This document shows positions 9,601 through 17,390 of a stretch of 32,000 bases of DNA, piece after piece. The first letter of the stretch is position 1; each line of letters starts with the position of its first letter. The stretch comes from Fibrobacter succinogenes subsp. succinogenes S85 (GTDB taxonomy: Bacteria; Fibrobacterota; Fibrobacteria; Fibrobacterales; Fibrobacteraceae): positions 3,390,001 to 3,422,000 of the forward strand of contig NC_017448.1 of the NCBI RefSeq assembly GCF_000146505.1, given 5' to 3'. The notes beneath the pieces are model-generated. The model saw only the letters and a list, made by a program, of their open reading frames with translations, was not told the DNA's origin and made no database searches. Made by a program: the position numbers and the translations under genes.

Positions 9601-10844
9601 ACTTGCAGTTCTTTGCCAATAGCGTCGGTATTCGTAACGAAGATGTTGTCTGTGATAGGCTCCGTTTGAACCAGGTGCTTTTGAACGTGATTTCAAACGC
9701 TATCAAGTACACGCCGGCGGGTGGCTCCATCTGGTTCTCTGTGGAACAGAAGGAATCGGACGAAGATGGCTATGGCGTTTACGAGTTCCGCATCAAGGAC
9801 TCGGGCATTGGCATGAGCGAAGATTTCTTGCCGAAGATTTATGATGCGTTTACCCGTGTGAATTCCTCGACGGTCTCTGGCATCCAGGGAACGGGTCTTG
9901 GCATGGCGATTACAAAGAACATTGTCGACATGATGGATGGCTCGATCGACATCAAGAGCAAGGTGGACGAAGGAACTGATGTTGTTCTGAATTTCAAGTT
10001 TGCTCTTGCCGGCGCTGAACATGAACTTGAACGCGTCAAGGAACTGGAAGGCAAAAGGATTCTCGTTGTCGATGATGATGTAGATTGTGCTAAGAGCATT
10101 CCGCAGATCTTTAAGGAACTCGGTGTTGAAGCTGAATGTTGCTATTCCGGTGCGGACGCCTTGGAACGTGTGAAGGCGGCGAAGGCCGAAGGTCACATGT
10201 ACGACGCCTTCCTAGTGGACTGGCGCATGCCGAATATGGATGGCATGAAAACGACGTCGATGCTTCGCGAGTTGCTCGGGAACGATATCCTTGTGATTGT
10301 GATGTCTGCCTATGAATGGTCGGATATCGAGGACAAGGCGACCGAAGTCGGAATCCATAACTTTGTAAGTAAACCAGTGTTCCCGTCGGATGCCCGCGAT
10401 ACGCTGATGCGCAGCTTTGGACTTTTGCAGGCGGAAACTCCGGTATCGGATAAGAAGATCAGCTTTAATGGCAAAAAGGTTTTGCTTGTCGATGATAACG
10501 AACTGAACCGCGAAATCGCCCAGGAAATTCTAGAAGATTGCGGAATTCTGGTGACAACGGCTTGCGATGGCGAAAAGGCTGTCGAGTACATGAAGAATGT
10601 GCAGCCGGGCGACTGTGACTTGGTCTTGATGGACGTGCAGATGCCGATTATGGATGGTTACGAGGCGACTCGCGTTATCCGTAAGCTCGACAACAAGGTG
10701 GCTGCAGAAATTCCGATTATCGCCATGACGGCGAACGCCTTTGCCGATGACCAACAGGCGGCTCTGGATGCCGGCATGAACGAGCATGTGGCAAAACCCG
10801 TGAACGTCAATAAGTTGAAGGAAGTGCTGTCGAGATTTTTGTAG
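6648..10844 (+). CDS. hybrid sensor histidine kinase with four PAS-like modules and two receiver domains
   Basis: The ORF opens at TTG 6627. I prefer ATG 6648 (MNNNFFKRNL...) because a TGTATAAT extended -10-like box at 6615-6622 would start transcription at or after 6627. Layout: TM, a roughly 250-aa extracytoplasmic Cache-like region, TM, then four repeats opening Y..[IVL]F.[VF]N. HisKA follows (MSHDIRTPMNAIIGY, His codon 9342-9344), then HATPase (GTGLGMAI). REC1 is ILVVDDD...DAFLVDWRMPNMDG and REC2 is VLLVDDNELNREI...DLVLMDVQMPIMDG...AMTANAF. Confidence 0.9.
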   Translation: MNNNFFKRNLIVSLILVAFLFIVTNVSFLYINRQAVDDSWDSLDEVAYASEAKMGFLGRSLLSALSNISTVVGMEENLLSENMIRLIRGSRIGPLVSAVRLYLPDGHIIADHAVVFDSSYIENYQKIVSPKPYISKVARDVVHSENIVFEQMVPVRRRGQVVAMLSAVSEIKPLYGYVATNAFKGKASLIVVDRRDGSFVVEKTGKWKNFNEFVRTIKSKKGYSVDEWAATVMKGESAHLAYEETSSDDAKLLVALPLFGGCWTQLLYVNENIAFARVDKIRKFYIGISAIELLVILLYLLRMVWNARRMAEAESNEYSEIADALSGTYECIFYVNVLDDTFDTFHSDRLMDKLHEDVHGKDFFFESISSLRHNLYEDDLEVVMHFMEKGSFLKRLEENPSASVEYRLVIDGNPQFYRMKAIKSSKDENHVIVAVENIDSEVNKAIAQRQEMDRNNRVIESLASDFDFVNYVTLGEDSSSDFVVTYRASSVLLKAIPGWSSEKSFSKRMNLLLKYLVCDSDKNQFQKQTSRDRLVSTLKNESVIHVNFKIKLEGKEVCYQMKVIADKDEIGNLKGIVFGLHSVDEEIKKQMEIQSNLKQNLEIIDILSEDYSSLFYFNLVDNTSGVLAVREDIRGALKDRFATCDRLEDVFKAFVLDMAHPDDREKLIGLASREVVAEQLLHQKRLNIVFRHLYGSEYKFTRLVFAKAEPIDVPPKLIAVGFVEVDAQYRAETEHQENIERIMSLSDQYEVVFDVNIDTGLFSVSLTGGKFKDVVNEETGEGVDFFKDREKDVRKIVYKDDVDSVLSSLNRDTVIARLQHDNSFFQDYRRVTSEGLKWYRMKVTKMGDWSKSRRVLVGLFNNDVVYRKEMAQQAALEQALEMAKSASRAKTMFLNNMSHDIRTPMNAIIGYTELATIHIGNKEQVRNFLGKIELSSNHLLSLINDVLDMSRIESGKLNLNEKLEHLPEIIHTLKDIVQADINAKNLQFFANSVGIRNEDVVCDRLRLNQVLLNVISNAIKYTPAGGSIWFSVEQKESDEDGYGVYEFRIKDSGIGMSEDFLPKIYDAFTRVNSSTVSGIQGTGLGMAITKNIVDMMDGSIDIKSKVDEGTDVVLNFKFALAGAEHELERVKELEGKRILVVDDDVDCAKSIPQIFKELGVEAECCYSGADALERVKAAKAEGHMYDAFLVDWRMPNMDGMKTTSMLRELLGNDILVIVMSAYEWSDIEDKATEVGIHNFVSKPVFPSDARDTLMRSFGLLQAETPVSDKKISFNGKKVLLVDDNELNREIAQEILEDCGILVTTACDGEKAVEYMKNVQPGDCDLVLMDVQMPIMDGYEATRVIRKLDNKVAAEIPIIAMTANAFADDQQAALDAGMNEHVAKPVNVNKLKEVLSRFL

Positions 10845-10965
10845 ATAGGTGTTAGGTCACAGGTGGTAGGGGTTAGGATTAATTTCATGCGCTATGCGCG
10901 TTTGTAAAGGGCGGCGAAGCCGCGATTATTCACCTAATCCCTAAGACCTAATACCTAAAACCCAT
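10845..10965. repeat. inverted arrays of phased degenerate heptamers enclosing two triloop hairpins
   Basis: NNAGGNN x5 (10845-10879), GCGC-TAT-GCGC (10889-10899), GCGGC-GAA-GCCGC (10911-10923), NNCCTAA x4-5 (10931-10965). The arms pair as two 11-bp helices, 10848-10858/10945-10955 and 10867-10877/10933-10943. Confidence 0.65.
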
Positions 10966-10990
10966 AAAAAGACTTTAATTTCGATGTATT

Positions 10991-11025
<35 letters not shown>

Positions 11026-11158
11026 TACTATATTTACCCGCAAATTGCATTTTTGCCTGGGTCCTGTGACCAGATTCGCCAATTCCACTGGTGCTAGAGC
11101 AGTAAACTCGGACAAAAACATGTAATGAAACAAACAATCAAAAAAAGGAATGGCTACA

Positions 11159-11431
11159 ATGGCTACTATCACAAAAGAAAAGGCTGCAGAACTCACCGCT
11201 AAGTTTGGTGCTAACGAAAAGGACACCGGTAACGTCCGCGTTCAGATCGCTATCCTCACGGAAAAGATCAAGAACCTCACCGAACACATCAAGACCAACA
11301 AGAAGGACTTCCACTCTCTCCGCGGTCTGTCCATGATGGTTGCAAAGCGCAAGAACCTTCTCAAGTACTACGGCGAAAAGGACATTATCGCTCAGCGTGC
11401 ATTGATCAAGGATCTCGGTCTCCGCGGCTAA
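11159..11431 (+). CDS. rpsO: 30S ribosomal protein S15
   Basis: S15 pattern: ...TGNVRVQIAILTEKIKNLTEHIKTNKKDFHSLRGLSMMVAKRKNLLKYY.... AAGGA at 11145-11149 sits 9 nt before ATG 11159. The in-frame ATG at 11150 touches the SD and is less likely. Confidence 0.92.
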   Translation: MATITKEKAAELTAKFGANEKDTGNVRVQIAILTEKIKNLTEHIKTNKKDFHSLRGLSMMVAKRKNLLKYYGEKDIIAQRALIKDLGLRG

Positions 11432-11451
11432 TTCTCTGATTGGAGATTTTT

Positions 11452-13686
11452 ATGTCAACAGAAGCTTATCAAGCTAAATACGGCAAGATGCTCGACCCGA
11501 AGGAAGTGTCTGTAAACCTTCCGGATGGCCGTGTCATTACGTTTGAAACTGGCCGTATCGCAAAGCAGGCACGTGGTTCTGCTGTCGCCAAGATGGGGGA
11601 CGCGTTTGTCCTTTCTACCGTTTGCTACGGTGAAGAAAAGGATGGTGACTTCTTCCCTCTGACAGTTGAATACCGCGAAAAGTCTTATGCTGCCGGACGC
11701 CTGCCTGGTGGCTATAGCAAGCGCGAACCGGGTCGTCCGAGCGATGAAGAAATTCTTTCTGCTCGTATTATCGACCGTCCGATTCGTCCGATGTTCCCGG
11801 AAAACTTCACTCGTGAAGTCCAGGTCATCGTTCAGGTTCTTTCTTCCGACAAGAAGTTCGCTCCGGACGTTCTTGGCGTAAGTGCTGCATCTCTCTCTAT
11901 CGGTCTTTCTGAACTCCCGTTCGAACAGCAGGTCGCTGCCGTTCGCGTGGCTGTCGTCGATGGCCAGAACATAGTGATGCCGACTTATGACCAGGTTGCC
12001 GTGGCCGATCTAGACCTCGTGGTCGCCGGTACGGAAGACTCTGTGTGCATGGTCGAAGGTGGTGCTTACGAAGTGTCCGAAGACACGATGATTGGCGCTA
12101 TCCTCGCTGGTCACGAAGTCATCAAGCAGATGTGCAAAGCCCAACAGGAACTGGTGGACCGCTGTGCTAAGCCGAAGATGGAACTCAAGCCGAAGTTTGT
12201 TGGTGAAGAACACGACAAGCTCGTTGCTACGGTCAAGGATGTTGTCTGGGACGAACTGAACAAGGACGTCCACTCCAACATGGTGAAGACGGACTTCTAT
12301 CCGGCTATGGCAGACCTCTGCGCTCGTATGCTCGAAGATCCGCGTATCCTCGCTATCATCGGCGAAGGCGAAGCACAGAATGCTCAGCTCGCTGCAGATG
12401 CAAAGGGCATCTTCAGTGACCTCGAACGCACGGCTATGCGCGAAATGATTTTGAACGAAGGCGTTCGTCTTGACGGCCGTACCACGACCGAAGTCCGCCC
12501 GATCGAAATCGAAATGGGCGTGCTCCCGCGTGCTCACGGTTCTGCAATCTTCCAGCGTGGCGAAACCCAGGGTCTCGTCATTTGTACGCTTGGAACAAAG
12601 GCTGACGAACAACGTTTCGAAAGCTTGCAGGGCGAAGGCGCAAAGAGCTACATGCTCCATTACAACTTCCCGCCGTTCTCCGTCGGTGAATGCAAGAAGC
12701 TCGGTCTCTCTCGCCGTGAAATTGGTCACGGTCACTTGGCCGAACGCTCCCTCGCAGCAGTTCTTCCGCTCCCGGAAGATTTCCCGTACACGATCCGCGT
12801 GGTTTCCGAAATCATGGAATCCAACGGTTCTTCTTCCATGGCCTCTGTTTGCGGTGGCTGCCTCAGCTTGATGGACGCTGGCGTTCCTATCAAGGCTCCG
12901 GTTGCAGGTATCGCCATGGGCCTCATCTCCGAAAAGGGCTCCGTCAAGGAAGGCGGCAAGATCAAGATCTTGTCCGACATTACCGGTACGGAAGACCACC
13001 TCGGCGATATGGACTTCAAGGTAACGGGTACTGCCGAAGGTATCACTGCATTCCAGATGGACATCAAGATCCGCGGTATCACCCCGGAACTTATGCGTGA
13101 AGCTTTGGAACAGGCTCGTCAGGGCCGTATCCACATTCTCGGTCGCATGGCTGAACTTGGCCTCCCGGCACCGCGTCCGCACGTTTCTGAAAAGGCTCCG
13201 ACGATGCTCAAGATGCGCATCCCGACCACGAAGATTCGTGACGTTATCGGTTCTGGTGGCTCTGTCATCAAGGGTATGCAGGCTCAGACGGGCTGCACCA
13301 TCAACATTGACGACAACGGCAATATCGACATCGCCGCCCCGACGGGTAAGGCTGGTGAAGTTTGCCGCCGCATGATCGAAGAACTCACAGCAGAACCGGA
13401 ACCGGGCCGCAAGTACAAGGGCAAGGTGAAGACGATCCAGCCGTTTGGCGCATTCGTTGAAATCCTCCCGGGTCGCGATGGTCTTGTCCACATCTCCGAA
13501 CTTGCCGACCGCCGTGTCGATAAGGTCGAAGACGTTGTTCATGTCGGTGACGAAGTCGAAGTGCTCTGCCTCGGTGTTGACCCGAAGGGCAAGGTGAAGC
13601 TCTCTATGAAGGCTTTGCTCCCTCCGAAGGCTGCCCCGGCTGCTGAAGCTGCTCCTGAAGCACCGGCTGCTCCGACTGAAGCTTAG
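11452..13686 (+). CDS. pnp: polyribonucleotide nucleotidyltransferase (PNPase)
   Basis: Two RNase-PH halves, a KH domain ([11 protein letters not shown]) and an S1 domain ([28 protein letters not shown]). GGAG lies 6 nt before ATG 11452; the ORF track opens at TTG 11440. The gene follows rpsO by 20 nt, the classic rpsO-pnp arrangement. The tail is Ala/Pro-rich. Confidence 0.95.
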   Translation: MSTEAYQAKYGKMLDPKEVSVNLPDGRVITFETGRIAKQARGSAVAKMGDAFVLSTVCYGEEKDGDFFPLTVEYREKSYAAGRLPGGYSKREPGRPSDEEILSARIIDRPIRPMFPENFTREVQVIVQVLSSDKKFAPDVLGVSAASLSIGLSELPFEQQVAAVRVAVVDGQNIVMPTYDQVAVADLDLVVAGTEDSVCMVEGGAYEVSEDTMIGAILAGHEVIKQMCKAQQELVDRCAKPKMELKPKFVGEEHDKLVATVKDVVWDELNKDVHSNMVKTDFYPAMADLCARMLEDPRILAIIGEGEAQNAQLAADAKGIFSDLERTAMREMILNEGVRLDGRTTTEVRPIEIEMGVLPRAHGSAIFQRGETQGLVICTLGTKADEQRFESLQGEGAKSYMLHYNFPPFSVGECKKLGLSRREIGHGHLAERSLAAVLPLPEDFPYTIRVVSEIMESNGSSSMASVCGGCLSLMDAGVPIKAPVAGIAMGLISEKGSVKEGGKIKILSDITGTEDHLGDMDFKVTGTAEGITAFQMDIKIRGITPELMREALEQARQGRIHILGRMAELGLPAPRPHVSEKAPTMLKMRIPTTKIRDVIGSGGSVIKGMQAQTGCTINIDDNGNIDIAAPTGKAGEVCRRMIEELTAEPEPGRKYKGKVKTIQPFGAFVEILPGRDGLVHISELADRRVDKVEDVVHVGDEVEVLCLGVDPKGKVKLSMKALLPPKAAPAAEAAPEAPAAPTEA

Positions 13687-13718
13687 TCTTGGATTAGTCC
13701 AAAAGACTCATTTTAAGG

Positions 13719-13750
13719 AAACGCATGGTTTAGGCCATGCGTTTTCTTTT
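13719..13750 (+). terminator. rho-independent terminator after pnp
   Basis: AAACGCATGG-TTTAGG-CCATGCGTTT stem-loop followed by TCTTTT. Confidence 0.8.
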
Positions 13751-13856
13751 GTATATTTAAATTTAGGCTTTTGCAAAAGGAACTTTTTAGGAGGAGGATT
13801 GTTCTTTTTTGCAAAAATAGATTACCTTTATAAATGGTTACATTCCAGTTGCGGAT

Positions 13857-14426
13857 ATGGGTTACATCTATTTAACATTGATGTTTGTTTTGTCTGCTGT
13901 CAATTTGGCAGTGCTTTCTCTGCGTTTCCAAAATCAGCGGAACAATTACGTTTATTACGCCTTTTATGCGATTCTGGTCGCTAATTTTGGCCATTGGCTT
14001 TTGGGATTTTCAGAATCGGTCGAGGGGGCTATTATCGCGAACAAGGTGAACTACCTTGGCGGGTCGTTCCTCCCGATGTTCATGTTCTTTGCCCTTATGC
14101 AAGTTTGCAAGATGAGCATCCCGAAATGGCTGCATTTCTCCCTGATTTTCATGAGCTTTACGATTTGCGCTCTGGCGATGACTGTAGGGTATTTCCCGGC
14201 ATATTACAAGACCGTGGAGTATGTTGTCCAGGCGGGTGTCGGTAACTATGTAGCAACTTACGGCTGGGCTCACGGCTTGTTCAATGCTTTCCTGGTGAGC
14301 TATGTCATTTTAGATATTTGGATTATTATCCGTGCCATTTTGCACCAGAAGATGGTTTCGCTCAAGAATATCATTGCGATGATTATTGGCGAAATCGCAA
14401 CAATTATGTCGTTCTTCCTGGCCTGA
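13857..14426 (+). CDS. 7TM sensor-domain fragment (N-terminal part of an interrupted 7TM-HD-GYP gene)
   Basis: 189 aa of TM helices, colinear with residues 1 to about 190 of the downstream paralogue (15587..17332). It ends at TGA 14424-14426, which is in the same frame as the next ORF. Confidence 0.6.
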   Translation: MGYIYLTLMFVLSAVNLAVLSLRFQNQRNNYVYYAFYAILVANFGHWLLGFSESVEGAIIANKVNYLGGSFLPMFMFFALMQVCKMSIPKWLHFSLIFMSFTICALAMTVGYFPAYYKTVEYVVQAGVGNYVATYGWAHGLFNAFLVSYVILDIWIIIRAILHQKMVSLKNIIAMIIGEIATIMSFFLA

Positions 14427-14441
14427 TTCCTGGGGAGCGAC

Positions 14442-15563
14442 ATGCTCATCATGCCGTTTATCTACGTCCTTGACCAAATCCTCCTGTTGTACATTTGTAA
14501 TAACGTCAAGTGGTACGATATTACGGAATGCGTGATTGAATCCATTGAAACGGAAAGCTCCTGTGCGTACTTGTCGTTCTCGATTGATGGGGCATACCTG
14601 GGGGCAAACCGCATTGCCATGAATTTCTTCCCGGAGCTCGTCAAGATGAGAGTGGACGCTCACTTGAAAGGCGAAACGGAATTGCAGCAGCACATCATGT
14701 CGTGGATTGAAAAGTACAGGAAGTCCAAGATTTTGACGGACTACTGCCAGATGACCGAATTCAATTATTCGGGCCGCCACTACAAGTGCGAAGTCAAGGT
14801 ACTGCGTCAGGTGCATGGTAAAAACGTATTCCTTTTCAGGATTGAAGACAACACGCAGGAACAGCAGTATATCGATGCTCTTGGCCGTAGCAATTCCATG
14901 TTGCAAAAGAACATGGTGCAGACTGAAAATGAGAAGCTCTCGGTGCAGGAAAAGTGGATTGTCGGCATGGCGCAGATGGCGGAAAGCCGAGCGGGGAATA
15001 TGGACGGACACATCAAGCGAACGAGCGAAGTCGTGAAGATTCTTGTTTCGATGATGCGCAAAAAAGGATTTGATAACCTGTCGGACAAGTTCCTCGATGT
15101 GCTGATTGCGGCCGCTCCGATGTACGATCTGGGCAAGGTGGCGATTGATGATGCCGTGTTGCGCAAGCCGGGACGATTTAATGTTGATGATCGCGAAATC
15201 ATGAAGACTCATGCAGAGAAGGGTGCGAACATTATTGAAAAGCTTCTCTCTGATGTGAAAGACAGTTATTTTGTCAGTGTTGCAAAGAATATGGCGCTTT
15301 ACCATCACGAACGTTGGGATGGCAAGGGTTACCCGGAACAGCGCTCGGGTGAAGATATTCCGATGGAAGCTAGAATCATGGCTCTGGCCGATGTGTACGA
15401 TGCCTTGGTGAGCAAGCGTTGTTACAAGGAACGCATGTCGTTCAGGGAAGCTCGTGATGTGATTCTTGCTTCTATGGGCAAGCAGTTTGACCCGCACTTG
15501 AAGGATAGTTTCCTGGAATGTCAGGACCAGCTGATGGACTATTACTGTTCTGTGGATCATTGA
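14442..15563 (+). CDS. HD-GYP domain fragment (C-terminal part of the interrupted gene; HD dyad reads YD)
   Basis: 373 aa in the same frame as 13857..14426, colinear with the paralogue from LLMPFVYLIDELVLLYIC onward. It keeps HHERWDGKGYP and ADVYDALVSKRCYK, but has APMYDLGK where the paralogue has APMHDIGK (TAC at 15123-15125). Confidence 0.65.
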   Translation: MLIMPFIYVLDQILLLYICNNVKWYDITECVIESIETESSCAYLSFSIDGAYLGANRIAMNFFPELVKMRVDAHLKGETELQQHIMSWIEKYRKSKILTDYCQMTEFNYSGRHYKCEVKVLRQVHGKNVFLFRIEDNTQEQQYIDALGRSNSMLQKNMVQTENEKLSVQEKWIVGMAQMAESRAGNMDGHIKRTSEVVKILVSMMRKKGFDNLSDKFLDVLIAAAPMYDLGKVAIDDAVLRKPGRFNVDDREIMKTHAEKGANIIEKLLSDVKDSYFVSVAKNMALYHHERWDGKGYPEQRSGEDIPMEARIMALADVYDALVSKRCYKERMSFREARDVILASMGKQFDPHLKDSFLECQDQLMDYYCSVDH

Positions 15564-15586
15564 TTGAACTTGTTTGAGAGAGTGGT

Positions 15587-17332
15587 ATGTTTGTTATCTA
15601 TTACTTGATTGCCATGTGCCTTTTTTCGGGGGTGAATGCCTGCCTGCTTTCGTATTTTTACCGCAGGCCGCTAAACACCTACTTTACGGCATTTTTCTTC
15701 TCGATTGTCCTTGCGGACTTTGGCTACTTGTTCCTCGCTCTTTCGACAACGATTGAGGGAGCGATTGTTGCAAACAAGGTGTGCTACCTTGGTGCATGCT
15801 TCTTGCCTTTGTTCCTGTTCCTCTTGATTTGCCGCCTATGCTCTTTTGATTTGTCCAGGTGGGTAAAACTTTTGATGTTCCTGTACAGTGCTTTTGTTTT
15901 TGCTCTCTCCTGTACGGTTGGCTTTAGCGATGTGTTCTACGAATCTGTGCGATATGTTGTCTTGAATGGCTTTGGCAGTTACTTGCCGACGTATGGCCCT
16001 GGGCATGTCTTGTGGGATTTCTTGCTGTACTTTTACATGGTCGCCAATGTTGTCGTGATTATTGTTGCGGCGAAGAAAAAACGCAATGTCAGTTACAAGA
16101 CTTTAATTGCGATTGCGGGGCTTGCATTTGTTTCTATCGGTGCATTTATCCTGGCTCGTAACATGGAAAACGATACCTTGCTCATGCCGTTTGTGTACTT
16201 GATTGATGAACTTGTCTTGCTCTACATTTGTGCGTTGGTCAAGATGCACGATGTGATGAACAGCGTGCTTGAATCACTTGAAGCTGAAAATACGGCTGCG
16301 TATTTGGCTTTCTCCCCGAAAGGTCTGTATTTGGGCTGCAATGATATCGCAAGCCGTTACTTCCCAGAACTTCTGGATTGTCGTGTGGATCATGCCTTGC
16401 CGTCGGATATTGAAATTGAAGGAATCTTTAAAGAAGGCATGGAACAGCTGAAGGGCGCTAGCGGTGATAAGGTCTATCGCTTTACGTACAAGGATCGCTA
16501 TTTCAAGGCGGTGATGAGGAATGTGCATCAGAACAAGAAGTTGCAAATATTCCTGTTCCGCATTGAAGATGAAACGAATATCCAGCGCTATATTGAACGA
16601 TTGGACGCCAATAACACGGAACTTGCGGCTCTCATCAAAAATAACAAGGACCAGATCCGCTTGTTCCAAAACCAGATGCTTGTAGGCATGGCCGAAATGG
16701 TCAACAACAAGGATGGCTTTACGGGAGCGCACCTCAAGCGTACCAAAGAAGTGGTGAGCATTCTTGTGGCAAAGATGCAGAAAGATCCGGATCTCAATTA
16801 CTCAAAAGAATTTTATGATGACATGATTGCGGCTGCTCCTATGCACGATATTGGAAAGATTGCCATTGACGATCATGTGCTCTGCAAGCCGGGCAAGTTT
16901 ACGCCTGAAGAATTTGACGAGATGAAAACTCATGCCGAAAAGGGTGCTATCATTATCAAGAACCTGCTTTCAAATTTCCAGAGCGAACTGTTTGTGGAAA
17001 TCGCAAAGAACATGGCTGGTGGCCACCACGAACGTTGGGACGGCAGTGGCTACCCGTATGGGCTGAAGGGTGAGGCAATCCCACTGGAAGCCCGTGTGAT
17101 GGCTGTAGCAGATGTGTATGACGCTCTCGTGAGTAAGAGGTGCTACAAGGAAGCGTTCTCCTTTGATGATGCTTACGATATCATCGACAAGTCAATGGGT
17201 AAGCACTTTGATCCGAGCCTCAAGAAGTACTTTGACCAGAGCCGTGCGGAACTGGAAGAATACTACCGAAAGGAATGCGAGGCGGAAAGAGCTGAAGCCG
17301 AGAAATCTTCTGCGGAAAGCCCCGCAAATTAG
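15587..17332 (+). CDS. 7TM-sensor HD-GYP domain protein (putative c-di-GMP phosphodiesterase)
   Basis: 581 aa. An N-terminal 7TM region resembles the N-terminal 7TM module of some histidine kinases, followed by a linker domain. The HD-GYP motifs are intact: HLKRT, APMHDIGK, HHERWDGSGYP, ADVYDAL. Confidence 0.88.
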   Translation: MFVIYYLIAMCLFSGVNACLLSYFYRRPLNTYFTAFFFSIVLADFGYLFLALSTTIEGAIVANKVCYLGACFLPLFLFLLICRLCSFDLSRWVKLLMFLYSAFVFALSCTVGFSDVFYESVRYVVLNGFGSYLPTYGPGHVLWDFLLYFYMVANVVVIIVAAKKKRNVSYKTLIAIAGLAFVSIGAFILARNMENDTLLMPFVYLIDELVLLYICALVKMHDVMNSVLESLEAENTAAYLAFSPKGLYLGCNDIASRYFPELLDCRVDHALPSDIEIEGIFKEGMEQLKGASGDKVYRFTYKDRYFKAVMRNVHQNKKLQIFLFRIEDETNIQRYIERLDANNTELAALIKNNKDQIRLFQNQMLVGMAEMVNNKDGFTGAHLKRTKEVVSILVAKMQKDPDLNYSKEFYDDMIAAAPMHDIGKIAIDDHVLCKPGKFTPEEFDEMKTHAEKGAIIIKNLLSNFQSELFVEIAKNMAGGHHERWDGSGYPYGLKGEAIPLEARVMAVADVYDALVSKRCYKEAFSFDDAYDIIDKSMGKHFDPSLKKYFDQSRAELEEYYRKECEAERAEAEKSSAESPAN

Positions 17333-17390
17333 GTCTGTACGCTTTATGTAATTGTTGCTAAATGGCTCCCTATTTTACTAAATTTGAGCC

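Noticed and set aside
13799-13984. A TTG-initiated 61-aa ORF begins right after the AGGAGGAGG run and overlaps the start of the 7TM fragment in another frame.
   Set aside because: The SD-like run abuts the TTG with too little spacing. The product is Cys/Phe-rich with no similarity to anything I recognise. The frame-0 ORF aligns with the paralogue from its first residues.
14424-14426. The in-frame TGA could be a selenocysteine or programmed read-through codon.
   Set aside because: The aligned residue in the paralogue is Arg in a TM-loop context, not a redox Cys/Sec site. I see no obvious SECIS-like hairpin immediately downstream. A nonsense mutation or sequencing error is the simpler explanation. 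This has not been formally excluded.
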